Below are positions 7,046 through 15,078 of a stretch of 45,341 nt of DNA, in pieces. Source of the DNA: a virus. A program made the translations under genes and the position numbers. Each line of letters opens with the position of its first letter. Positions within the stretch are counted from its first letter, which is position 1. The stretch is from IMG/VR virus record IMGVR_UViG_3300045988_049297. The stretch is one strand, 5' to 3'. Below the pieces are notes generated by a model. That model was not told where the DNA came from, searched no databases, and saw only the letters and a list, made by a program, of their open reading frames with translations.

Positions 7046-7801
7046 TTAGCCCTCCTTCGCCGCTTTCATCTCATAGCCAGCCAGCATATCGTTCACGCCC
7101 TCGATCAGAGCGTCACACTTGTCGGCTTCGATCTTGGAAAAGCCCTCGGTCTTCATGGCGATGGTCTGCACGAACTGTTCCTGCTCTGCGTCAATATCCA
7201 AGAGCTTTTTCAGCAGACCTTTCAGCGTACTGACCTGTTCCTTGGTAGCCGCACCAGCAGGAGCGCCGGTCAGTTCCTTCTTGATTTCCTGACGCTGTGC
7301 AGCGGTCACAGGGAGCTTCTTGGTGACGGTGGGAGCGGGGGCGGGAGTTGTGTCAAACTCGCCGCTGTCGATACTGTCATGCTCCACAATGTCAAGAACG
7401 AGCTGCCACAGGTAGCGGCGAATGTAGGTGATGGAGCTACCGGTCGCCTGCATTTCGTTTGTGACCTGATTGCCAGCGTTGGACACGATGGGGGCGATGG
7501 GGGTGTACGGTGCAACAAAATCAATGAAATCCTCACGGTCATTGACATTGTAGACACGAGCGGTCGCCTTGTCGCCGTACATGGACGGAACCATCATCAG
7601 ACCGATTTCAAGGAAAATCTGCTCGGCCTTGGGAACAATGTCCGCCAGCTCGAAATACTTATATTCGAGCTTCATGTGCTTGCCGCTCTTGTCCACGCCA
7701 GCTTCGAGGAAGCGCACACGGGCAAGCTGCAACTTCTGGAACACATTCATGGTGGAATAATCCACCGCCGCAGTCTCAGCGGCTTTTTTGGTAGTAGCCA
7801 T
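7046..7801 (-). CDS. ERF-family single-strand annealing protein
   Basis: NVFQKLQLARVRF, KYFELADIVPK and GSSITYIRRYLW resemble ERF recombinases. GGAGG RBS 8 nt before ATG 7801, so the ORF-track start at 7921 is rejected. Confidence 0.75.
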   Translation of the reverse strand: MATTKKAAETAAVDYSTMNVFQKLQLARVRFLEAGVDKSGKHMKLEYKYFELADIVPKAEQIFLEIGLMMVPSMYGDKATARVYNVNDREDFIDFVAPYTPIAPIVSNAGNQVTNEMQATGSSITYIRRYLWQLVLDIVEHDSIDSGEFDTTPAPAPTVTKKLPVTAAQRQEIKKELTGAPAGAATKEQVSTLKGLLKKLLDIDAEQEQFVQTIAMKTEGFSKIEADKCDALIEGVNDMLAGYEMKAAKEG

Positions 7802-7803
7802 AT

Positions 7804-9657
7804 TTATACCTCCAACATTTCTAATAATTTTTTCTTGATAGAATTGACTTTGCGGGTATTCCTTCGCCGTCTCTCTCCGAGAAAATCCATAATTCTCTTT
7901 TCGGTTGTAGCGATATACCACTCTCGGTCAATCTCATCAAGGGATAGATGGTTGTCATTGTCCACCAGACAATGATCGGGGATATTGCCGATTTTCTTGT
8001 AGCTTTCGCCTTTCAGAGCATAAAGCGTACCGAACCATTGGCGATCTTTGAACGGGTCTACGGCGTACACACGGTTGACTCTCTGGACTTGTACCTCACG
8101 ATTGCCTATCTTCTGGACAACACCGTCATAAGAAGAACCGGCTTTTGCGATGATCTGAAAATCCATAATATCGGTACTATCCATGATTGTTTCTCGAACA
8201 GGAACGCCTTTCGTGAAATAGTCAATCAGGGCTTTCTTGACAATGACCATCGAATTGTTGATCTGCCATGCACCTTTCGAGGTTGCGCCGTAACTAACAT
8301 ACGAGCCAACTGACTTGACCTTGCCGTTGGTCTTTCGGAGAATGAGGTTATTGACATCTTTAATCCAAACCTCGTCAATCTCGTCCAGTTCCAATTCAAA
8401 CCCCGTGGTTTGCTCCCACGCAGCACAGACGCTATCCACAATGGGAACCTCGTCAGCGTCAATCTCGTACATTAGACCGTCCGTGTTGAAGTTCAGTAGG
8501 ACGATTGACGTACACGCTTGAAGCAACTGAACAAGCAGCATTGTCAGGAAAAGCTGTCCCGATATTCGCATGGAACGGGTTTTCAACGGGTCGTAGAGGT
8601 CGTTATAGCGGTTTTCCTGTGCCCCCGATACGGTGTTAAGCGGGAGCTTCAAGTCCTTCGCCAACTGGTCATTACCGTCATGCTTGGCCTGTATGCGCTC
8701 CTTACGAATGTTGTAGAACACATGAGGGTCAGGTACATTCCGGGAAAGATACTGGAACAATTCCAGCAGCGAGGGGTACAGCGAAGAAACATCTCGGTTT
8801 TGGATAACCCGCTTCGCCGTAGATTTGCCGTGATACCCTTTAACTGAGCCATGAACGCCGCCCCACGCATACCGGCAAGGGAAATCGCCAAACTTGTAGG
8901 TCAGAGCGGTTTTGAAAAGAACTTCGTCAGGGATTGACTTGTCGTGAATGGTGTCGAAGAAATCCAAAATCTCTTGCGGGATAAGGGACACATCTAACCG
9001 TGGAGGATAGGCATAATCTCGACCATCGTTCCACTCTCTACGCCTTGCGTTCAGCATAAGTGCGGTTAGCTTGGCATTGGTGCAAGACAGGGCTTTTTCG
9101 TCCGAGATACCCACTCTACGACCGAGATTGATCTTCGTCTGCAAATACGATTGTCTGAGGTCTACCAATTTCTCAGTAGCGTCAACATCGTGCTTACAGT
9201 AGAAAATCGTTTCGTCCAGTTCTTCATCGGTCAGAGGACGGTCAAGATCAAACGGCACAGAGCTTTCAACCACCGACATTCCTAAATGACCCTCACAGGC
9301 TTTCAGCGAAAGGCCCTCGTACATATCGTCACGAATATCAAACGAGGTCACGAATACGGGATTGTCCCGCATAAGAGGGTGTTGCCAGCCCTGTCCACCA
9401 TCAATGAGGTAGTCACTTAGAGCTTTTACTTCCTGCGGCGTACAATCATCTGCAACAGCTTTTAGAATGAAATTGTCATACGCCTTGTTATTGAAACCAC
9501 AGAGAAGCGGTTGTTCTCGAAGAAACTGCCAGATTGCGTCATTGTCGTTGTGAATGACTGTGTATTCACCTGTGTCTTTGTTCTTGAAGACAAAAAGCCA
9601 ATCGTAGGCAAACACCTCGCAGTCGAAAATGAAAGGTTCAAGGTTCAGCGGTATCAC
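7804..9657 (-). CDS. Family B DNA polymerase with 3'-5' exonuclease domain (start codon uncertain)
   Basis: Exo I FDCEV, Exo II NNKAYDNFIL, Exo III YCKHDVDATEKL, Pol motif A DVSSLYPSLL. Motif C reads NTDG rather than DTD. No good ATG; candidates are GTG 9657, TTG 9663 and ATG 9744, all overlapping the MTase 3' end. Confidence 0.8.
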   Translation of the reverse strand: MIPLNLEPFIFDCEVFAYDWLFVFKNKDTGEYTVIHNDNDAIWQFLREQPLLCGFNNKAYDNFILKAVADDCTPQEVKALSDYLIDGGQGWQHPLMRDNPVFVTSFDIRDDMYEGLSLKACEGHLGMSVVESSVPFDLDRPLTDEELDETIFYCKHDVDATEKLVDLRQSYLQTKINLGRRVGISDEKALSCTNAKLTALMLNARRREWNDGRDYAYPPRLDVSLIPQEILDFFDTIHDKSIPDEVLFKTALTYKFGDFPCRYAWGGVHGSVKGYHGKSTAKRVIQNRDVSSLYPSLLELFQYLSRNVPDPHVFYNIRKERIQAKHDGNDQLAKDLKLPLNTVSGAQENRYNDLYDPLKTRSMRISGQLFLTMLLVQLLQACTSIVLLNFNTDGLMYEIDADEVPIVDSVCAAWEQTTGFELELDEIDEVWIKDVNNLILRKTNGKVKSVGSYVSYGATSKGAWQINNSMVIVKKALIDYFTKGVPVRETIMDSTDIMDFQIIAKAGSSYDGVVQKIGNREVQVQRVNRVYAVDPFKDRQWFGTLYALKGESYKKIGNIPDHCLVDNDNHLSLDEIDREWYIATTEKRIMDFLGERRRRNTRKVNSIKKKLLEMLEV

Positions 9658-11222
9658 CTCCAAAGAGATTATCCAGATACCTTTCGGCAAGGACTTCTTG
9701 AACACCCTCCATGATGTAAAGCATACAAGGGAAAGCCATGCCATTTCCCCACATCTTGTACTCAGCAGAGTCCTTATGAGGAACCAGCGCACACCAATCT
9801 TTCTCGAACCCTTGAAGGGAAGCACACTCGGTAGGGGTGAGCTTTCGAGCCAGATAAATGACTTCACCGTTCTCAGTCTGTGTGGGAACGAAAAGGGTCT
9901 GGTCGTTGTTGCATGAGAGTGTTGCGCTCTTATCTTCCTGTATCAAAGCACCCTTCCCACCGCCCTCACAGCTAGAACGGATTTTCAGGGTGTATGGGAT
10001 TGCTGCAACAGGAGATTGAAGTCCGCTTGATGACGCTTTCAATGTAGGAGATACTGTCTTAGAGAAAGCCACGCTCCCCGCACTCTTACCGGCACCCCCG
10101 TTTGCAATTCCGACATCACCTTTGCATGGAACTAACACCAAATTCTCAGTCCCGCCTCCGTAATTACCACCAGTAGCTTTCAGAGTAACGGCTTGTTTCG
10201 AGGGTACATATTCGTTATAAGAAGCCTGACCAAACGCTTGTGCCTGAATAACACATAACCCGCCTTGATTTTTTGCAGGGCTTTGGTCTGCACAATCGAG
10301 CGTTTTTGCAATATCTACTCGTCTACTCCCGCTATGCGGATTTGCACTTTTCATGCTATTGCTGGCAAGAGAGTCAAAGCTAAAAACCGCTATCGGGACA
10401 TTACCTCCCCCCCGTTCCCATTCGTCCTGAGAGGGTTTGTACGATACCATCTCTGCGGAGGACAACTCGGCTGTCTTGAGGGTGGCTTTCAACTGCGAAT
10501 ACGCTATTGTATTCAGAAGGGCTTGTTTTAACAGTGGGTCTAATTGTTTCCCTCGTTGTTCTGACCTTCTTAAAATCCCTTCGCAAGCCCTCACGCTCAA
10601 ATAGTATCTGTCCGGCACATTGACCTCCAAGATCGAGGACAACGAAGACACGCTTGCGTCTTTGGGGAACTCCCCAACCTTGCGCATCGAGTCCTCTCCA
10701 AGCGATAGAGGAATGATCTCCCAAGACGAATCCAGTGTGCGGCCATTTTTGCCGTCCTTGCTTGTCTTCCGCATATCGAGGAACGCTATCGTTTCCCTCG
10801 CAGATTTTCCAGAGAGTTTCGATGACTGTTCGGAAGTCTTCTCCCTGTGTCGAGCTAAAAGCTCCATAAACATTTTCCCAAATGACGATTTGAGGAAATC
10901 TCCCATTGGTAGCACACCTCATTTCCTGAATAACTCGGATTGCTTCAAAGAATAGAGAAGACTCTTGACCAGCAAGCCCCTTACCATTCCCGGCAATCGA
11001 GAGGTTTTGGCACGGAGAGCCGAAGGTGATAACATCGACCGGCTCGATTTCTGCGCCGTTCATCTTGGTAATATCGCCAAGGTGAACCATCTTGGGAAAA
11101 CGGGACTGTGTGACGGCTTTCGGGAAAGGCTCAATCTCACTCGCCCATGCCGGGATAATACCGACAGCAGAAGCGGCAAGAGGACAAGTCCCGCTGCCAT
11201 CAAACAGACTACCTAGCTTCAC
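9638..11222 (-). CDS. DNA (cytosine-5)-methyltransferase, reading frame broken at a G7 tract
   Basis: The N-terminal frame (11222..10401) has FDGSG, GSPCQ, ENV and QRRKR. The C-terminal frame (to 9638) has RKLTPTECASLQGF and GNGMAFP. Frames meet at ATGGGAACGGGGGGGAGGTAA; removing one G gives ..GRMGTGGGNVPIAV.. as one ~527-aa protein. Confidence 0.85.
10407..10413 (-). repeat. G7 homopolymer at the methyltransferase frame break
   Basis: Plus strand reads ccccccc at 10407..10413. Reading both frames by hand shows 7 G is out of frame and 6 G is in frame. Confidence 0.95.
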
Positions 11223-12619
11223 TTCGACACCTCCTGTTCGATGAATTTACAACCGCACTTGCGGTAAGTGGTGCACCGCTTCTTATAGCTTCGCACGAGG
11301 TACTGGATACCATCGTCCACATAATCGTAGGCAATCGGCTCACCCTTTCCCGTGAAGGTACGAGCGATACGACCAATGCTCTGAGTTATTACAGCATAGT
11401 CCTTCTGCGGTGTGGTCAAATACAAGCGGTCGAGCCGGGGAATATCCAGTCCTTCCTTTGCCAGTGAATAGGTAGCGAACAGATACCGCTTGCGCCCCTG
11501 CCGCATTTCCTCAATGGCCTGTTCTCGGAGAGCCTTGGCTTTCTTCGTGGTCATCTTCCCATCAATCATGACCGCCTGTTTTCTCAGGTCAGCAGGGAGA
11601 TTGTTCATTAGATATTTCAAGTGGCTCAACCGGTCGGAAAGAATGAGGTTAAAATGGTCATAGTTTACAACGAGATCATGCATAATCAGAAGGTTTCGTT
11701 CAAAATTATCAGCGAGATAATTAACCAACTTGGCATAGATGATCGTACCGTCTGTGTCCAAAAACTCACGGCTTAGTCCTTGATGTGTGGCACGGGGTAG
11801 AACGCTGACAGTCATGATCTTGTCTTTTACCGCTTCGTCCGGTACTTGATAGGCAATCCCGCCCAGCAAGGCGTAGGTGGCAGCAATCATACCGTCTGCC
11901 CTGTGAACCGTGGCAGATAGACCGTACTTGTGCCGAGCTGCCAGAGCGTTCAACACCTTTGAGAACTGTGTCATAGCGGTCGGAGTTCCGGCCACGCGGT
12001 GGCACTCGTCCACGATGATACAATCCCAAACATCACGGTACTGGCGCAGATCGAGATTGCACATAGTCTGTACCGTTGCGAAGGTGATTGCCTTACCGAT
12101 TTGAACCCTACCTTCGGTGATCGTGCCGATCAGAGAAGGACTCATGTACTGCTCCGCTCGGCTTTTGCTCTGTACGAGCAAATCCCGTGTATGGGTCAGC
12201 CAGAGTGTCCTTCGACCTGTATCTGCCGCAACAGCAATTCCGATCTGCGTCTTACCGCACCCCGCAGGGGCTTGAAGAATACCATAGTAGGCAGTTATCA
12301 GGGCTTCCTTGGCTTCTACTTGGTAATCATAGAGTGGGATGGTGCAACCGAAGTCTACCTCGGTCGGTGTAGGAAGATTGACCTTCATGTGGCAATCGTC
12401 CATCGCCAGCACATCGTTCAAACACCCGTAGGGGAGAACCAGCGTGTCACCGTCCCATTGGAACAGGTACAACTTCTCAGGAGTATTGCCTGTCCAGAAA
12501 CCCATACGTTTTTTCTTGATGTATTCGGGATTAGAAAGGATGAGCTGCTTCTTGCACCATGTAAGCAACTGCTCAGACGGGTTTTCAATTCGGAGCTGGT
12601 TGCCAACAGTTACTTGCAT
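11219..12619 (-). CDS. SF2 (DEAD/DEAH, ResIII-like) DNA helicase
   Basis: Walker A APAGCGKT, DECH box (IIVDECHRV), motif III SAT, motif VI QSIGRIAR. ATG 12619 is preferred over GTG 12631. Confidence 0.85.
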   Translation of the reverse strand: MQVTVGNQLRIENPSEQLLTWCKKQLILSNPEYIKKKRMGFWTGNTPEKLYLFQWDGDTLVLPYGCLNDVLAMDDCHMKVNLPTPTEVDFGCTIPLYDYQVEAKEALITAYYGILQAPAGCGKTQIGIAVAADTGRRTLWLTHTRDLLVQSKSRAEQYMSPSLIGTITEGRVQIGKAITFATVQTMCNLDLRQYRDVWDCIIVDECHRVAGTPTAMTQFSKVLNALAARHKYGLSATVHRADGMIAATYALLGGIAYQVPDEAVKDKIMTVSVLPRATHQGLSREFLDTDGTIIYAKLVNYLADNFERNLLIMHDLVVNYDHFNLILSDRLSHLKYLMNNLPADLRKQAVMIDGKMTTKKAKALREQAIEEMRQGRKRYLFATYSLAKEGLDIPRLDRLYLTTPQKDYAVITQSIGRIARTFTGKGEPIAYDYVDDGIQYLVRSYKKRCTTYRKCGCKFIEQEVSK

Positions 12620-13017
12620 AGACTCACCCACGCATCAAGGGAAATACACATCATGCGAATATCCCTTTCGTTGAGTTGCTTAACACCTTTCGCGGCCAAA
12701 TTATTGAGTGTATAGAGCGAAATGAAGTATACATCTCCGTCTTTCAGCCTCAGCGCAAACCAGCCGGTGCCGTTACCTGTAGCTTCCCACAGCGTCATTG
12801 CGGATCGCTGATTTTCTTCGATTCGGTTTAGGCGAAAAACATCATTCTCACACACCTTGCAATCGATCGGGTGGGTTTCTCGATTACGAGAGGCAAGTAC
12901 ATCAAACGGCTGGCCTTGCGCGTTTTGAGCGAGATTATGCGCCCAAAAGCCTTTATTGGACAAATATTCACACAACGATTTTTCAAAACCGTTGCCGACT
13001 TTACGGTTGACATTCAT
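12610..13017 (-). CDS. RecU-like PD-(D/E)XK Holliday-junction resolvase
   Basis: GNGFEKSLCEYLSNKGFWAH, then GQPFDVLA .. PIDCKV (D..D/E-x-K core), ~135 aa. AAGGAG RBS before ATG 13017. Confidence 0.6.
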   Translation of the reverse strand: MNVNRKVGNGFEKSLCEYLSNKGFWAHNLAQNAQGQPFDVLASRNRETHPIDCKVCENDVFRLNRIEENQRSAMTLWEATGNGTGWFALRLKDGDVYFISLYTLNNLAAKGVKQLNERDIRMMCISLDAWVSLCK

Positions 13018-13021
13018 TTAA

Positions 13022-13042
13022 ATCACTCCTTTACAAGTGAAT
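13022..13042 (-). repeat. 21-bp direct repeat, copy 1 (ATTCACTTGTAAAGGAGTGAT on minus strand)
   Basis: Identical 21-mer at 13022..13042 and 13476..13496. Here it encodes the C-terminal SLVKE-stop of the Zn-ribbon gene and carries the RBS for the RecU-like gene. Confidence 0.95.
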
Positions 13043-13477
13043 TAGCCATATCGTTGAGCCACACTTTGAGATCGTCTAGTGTGGACAAATTCGCTTGTTT
13101 AAATTTCTCATCCCATTCCTTCTCTGCTGACGAAAATCCGTAAGAAATATAATCCCTTTTTACGGATTTGTACCTCTTGTCAAGCTCACTCATTTCATTT
13201 AGCCACGATTCGGTCTTGTTATCTACGGCGAGGTTTTCAAACCATTTTTTATATGGAGACAAAATGGGTTCCCGCTTTTGGATTCTCTGCTGCAAGCGTG
13301 TATATTTTAAGCGCACAGGATCAGCTTTTAATTTCTCATATTTAGCTTTGTTTCGGATGAGAATGTCTCGGCAATGGGGACAATACTTCCCGCTTGTTTT
13401 GGGGATAAATGCTTTACCACAATCCTTACACGCTATAACTCTAATATCGGTGCTTATTTTCGCTTTCGTTGCATCAT
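13023..13477 (-). CDS. Zn-ribbon protein; no in-frame start for the ribbon part (possible -1 shift or indel)
   Basis: The frame is open from 13484 and encodes ..CKDCGKAFIPKTSGKYCPHCR.., continuous with the 97-aa ORF (GTG 13316). The only good start (AAGGAG + ATGATG at 13477..13472) is in the +1 frame and stops after 7 codons (TAA 13456..13454). Confidence 0.45.
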
Positions 13478-13496
13478 CACTCCTTTACAAGTGAAT
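13476..13496 (-). repeat. 21-bp direct repeat, copy 2
   Basis: Same 21-mer. Here it supplies the AAGGAG RBS and the first ATG of the Zn-ribbon gene. Confidence 0.95.
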
Positions 13497-13557
13497 ATTT
13501 CCGATATATAATCTGATTGAGCATTTTCGCTTGCCGTTGATGGAACTGGTACTTCCG

Positions 13558-13764
13558 TCAGCGGCTTTTTCTTTGCTTCGACTCCAAAAGACCGTACAAC
13601 TTACCGAACAAGCCAAAACACACAAGGCTAACCGCCATATGAATTGCGCCAACACCCAGCGTCATTATCTCTTTCTCGATAGAACCGACTACACCCAGAA
13701 GGTAGAAAAACGAGAGAAATGCGAGTGCTCCAAAAACCTTTTTCACGAAGTGACCTTCTTCCAT
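13558..13764 (-). CDS. Small two-TM membrane protein
   Basis: Hydrophobic segments VFGALAFLSFFYLLGVVG and GAIHMAVSLVCFGLFG. Start is either ATG 13764 or GTG 13746 (GTGA overlap with the upstream stop). Confidence 0.55.
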   Translation of the reverse strand: MEEGHFVKKVFGALAFLSFFYLLGVVGSIEKEIMTLGVGAIHMAVSLVCFGLFGKLYGLLESKQRKSR

Positions 13765-13910
13765 ATGTACTTCTTGCCGTATCGCTGTTCGTACCACTTT
13801 TCAAACTCGGCTCGGTGAGCTTCGTCCTTGAAATATTCTCGAACGCGCTGAGCGACCAGTAGGCTTAATGCGCTTGCCTGAGCCTGTTTTTCGGGGGCAA
13901 AAACACTCAT
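13743..13910 (-). CDS. Small hypothetical protein (55 aa)
   Basis: Not in the ORF track. ATGA overlap with the cro-like stop. Hand translation: MSVFAPEKQAQASALSLLVAQRVREYFKDEAHRAEFEKWYEQRYGKKYIWKKVTS. Confidence 0.5.
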   Translation of the reverse strand: MSVFAPEKQAQASALSLLVAQRVREYFKDEAHRAEFEKWYEQRYGKKYIWKKVTS

Positions 13911-14158
13911 GATACGATTTTCGCCTCGTACTCGTTCAAAATATCGAGCGAGCGACGCAGGATTTCATCTGCTTTCGGGCCAATACGAGTGCCGGACAGC
14001 GTTGCCGACATTTCAAACTTGTCCGTAAGCAGCCCCTCGTCCGACAGGCGATGAATAAGCCACGCATAGGTGAGCGTAAAGTGAGAAATCTTATCCCTAA
14101 TCTGTTCTGCGTAGGAAGAACGATCTCTCATAGACAACGGACGGGAAGTCTCTGCCAT
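13907..14158 (-). CDS. Cro-like early regulator candidate (83 aa)
   Basis: First gene downstream of the operator-controlled minus-strand promoter. AAAGGAGG RBS 7 nt before ATG 14158. The ORF-track start at 14446 lies upstream of the promoter and is rejected. The fold was not recognised with certainty. Confidence 0.5.
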   Translation of the reverse strand: MAETSRPLSMRDRSSYAEQIRDKISHFTLTYAWLIHRLSDEGLLTDKFEMSATLSGTRIGPKADEILRRSLDILNEYEAKIVS

Positions 14159-14360
14159 CGTGCGACCTCCTTTCATGTGGATTGCAACTTTAGTTGTAAA
14201 TAATCCTTGCAATCGGAGGTCGCCTATGCTACAATCAGTTTTGCGAACGACAATAGCATTGGCGATACCCCGATTATGAAGGAGCCTATTTCCTTTTGCG
14301 AGAAGGAAGTTGACCCCTCGGATTACTGTTGCCTTTATTAACTTTCGTTGTTGTAAGTTG

Positions 14361-14389
14361 AGTATAATCCCGTGGACGGGATTTGTCAA
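14361..14389 (-). promoter_or_regulatory. Early lytic promoter (PR-like): TTGACA-17-TATACT with an operator in the spacer
   Basis: Minus strand: TTGACA (14389..14384), 17-nt spacer AATCCCGTCCACGGGAT, TATACT (14366..14361). The spacer is almost entirely the 16-bp palindrome O1. Confidence 0.65.
14367..14382. promoter_or_regulatory. Operator O1: ATCCCGTGGACGGGAT (perfect 7+2+7 palindrome)
   Basis: Perfect dyad TCCCGT-NN-ACGGGA located inside the promoter spacer. Confidence 0.6.
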
Positions 14390-14417
14390 TAGGGCGATAG
14401 TGATTTTCTGAAAAAAA

Positions 14418-14433
14418 TTCCCGTTGACGGGAA
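14418..14433. promoter_or_regulatory. Operator O2: TTCCCGTTGACGGGAA (perfect 7+2+7 palindrome)
   Basis: Same half-site as O1, 51 bp away centre to centre, ending 2 nt upstream of the repressor RBS (GGAGG, 14436..14440). Confidence 0.55.
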
Positions 14434-14447
14434 CGGAGGAAAACACG

Positions 14448-15077
14448 ATGACTTTCTATGAGCGGCTGACCGAACTACGCAGAGAAAAGGGATTAACTCA
14501 GAAACAGATTGTTGATGAACTCGATCTCGGTAAAAATTCTTTTGGGGACTGGAAGAGAGGGGCTATCCCTGTCCGTTCCACTCAGCAACTTCTTGCCAAA
14601 TATTTCGGGGTATCGGTTGATTACCTTATGGGAAAAACTAATAACCCCATTCCTAATACGGAAACGGTAGGCACCTACATTCCGTATGAGAAACAGGGTT
14701 TGCGTCCAGTCATCGGTTTAGCTTCGGCAGGAACAGGGGTGATTGCAGAAGAAATGATTGTTGGTTGGGAAACAGTTGATGACGAATACGATAACGACAA
14801 CTGCTTTTGGCTCGAAGTATCTGGTAACAGCATGGCACCACAGATTGATAATGGCGATAGAGTGCTTATTCAGCGGGACGCAGAAATCGAGAGTGGCTGT
14901 ATTGCCGTGGTCGTGGTAGACGGTACAGACGGGTTTTTAAAACAAATCGAGTTCGGTGAGAACTCCACCTCGCTTCACTCGTTTAATCCGTATTATCCCG
15001 ACATGGAGTTTGTAGATGCCGACCAGAAACGTTTGCACTTTGTCGGTCGCGTCCGGGAAATGAAGCGGAGGTTCTGA
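14448..15077 (+). CDS. CI/LexA-like repressor (XRE HTH + S24 peptidase domain)
   Basis: N-terminal HTH LTQKQIVDELDLGKNSFGDWKRG. C-terminal S24 motifs GNSMAP (Ser) and DGFLKQI (Lys). GGAGG RBS before ATG 14448. Confidence 0.85.
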   Translation: MTFYERLTELRREKGLTQKQIVDELDLGKNSFGDWKRGAIPVRSTQQLLAKYFGVSVDYLMGKTNNPIPNTETVGTYIPYEKQGLRPVIGLASAGTGVIAEEMIVGWETVDDEYDNDNCFWLEVSGNSMAPQIDNGDRVLIQRDAEIESGCIAVVVVDGTDGFLKQIEFGENSTSLHSFNPYYPDMEFVDADQKRLHFVGRVREMKRRF

Positions 15078-15078
15078 T

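Noticed and set aside
7804-9867. 687-aa PolB ORF starting at 9867
   Set aside because: The first ~70 codons overlap the methyltransferase C-terminus in another frame and precede the Exo I motif with no homology. The true start is probably near 9657..9663, but it is non-ATG and remains uncertain.
13907-14446. 179-aa version of the cro-like ORF. Similar N-terminal extensions occur at 206..667, 2484..3209, 3472..4158, 7046..7921, 32410..33003, 37100..37921 and 41368..41835.
   Set aside because: The extensions overlap upstream genes or promoters and lack RBSs. In each case an internal ATG with a good Shine-Dalgarno sequence matches the start of the recognisable domain.
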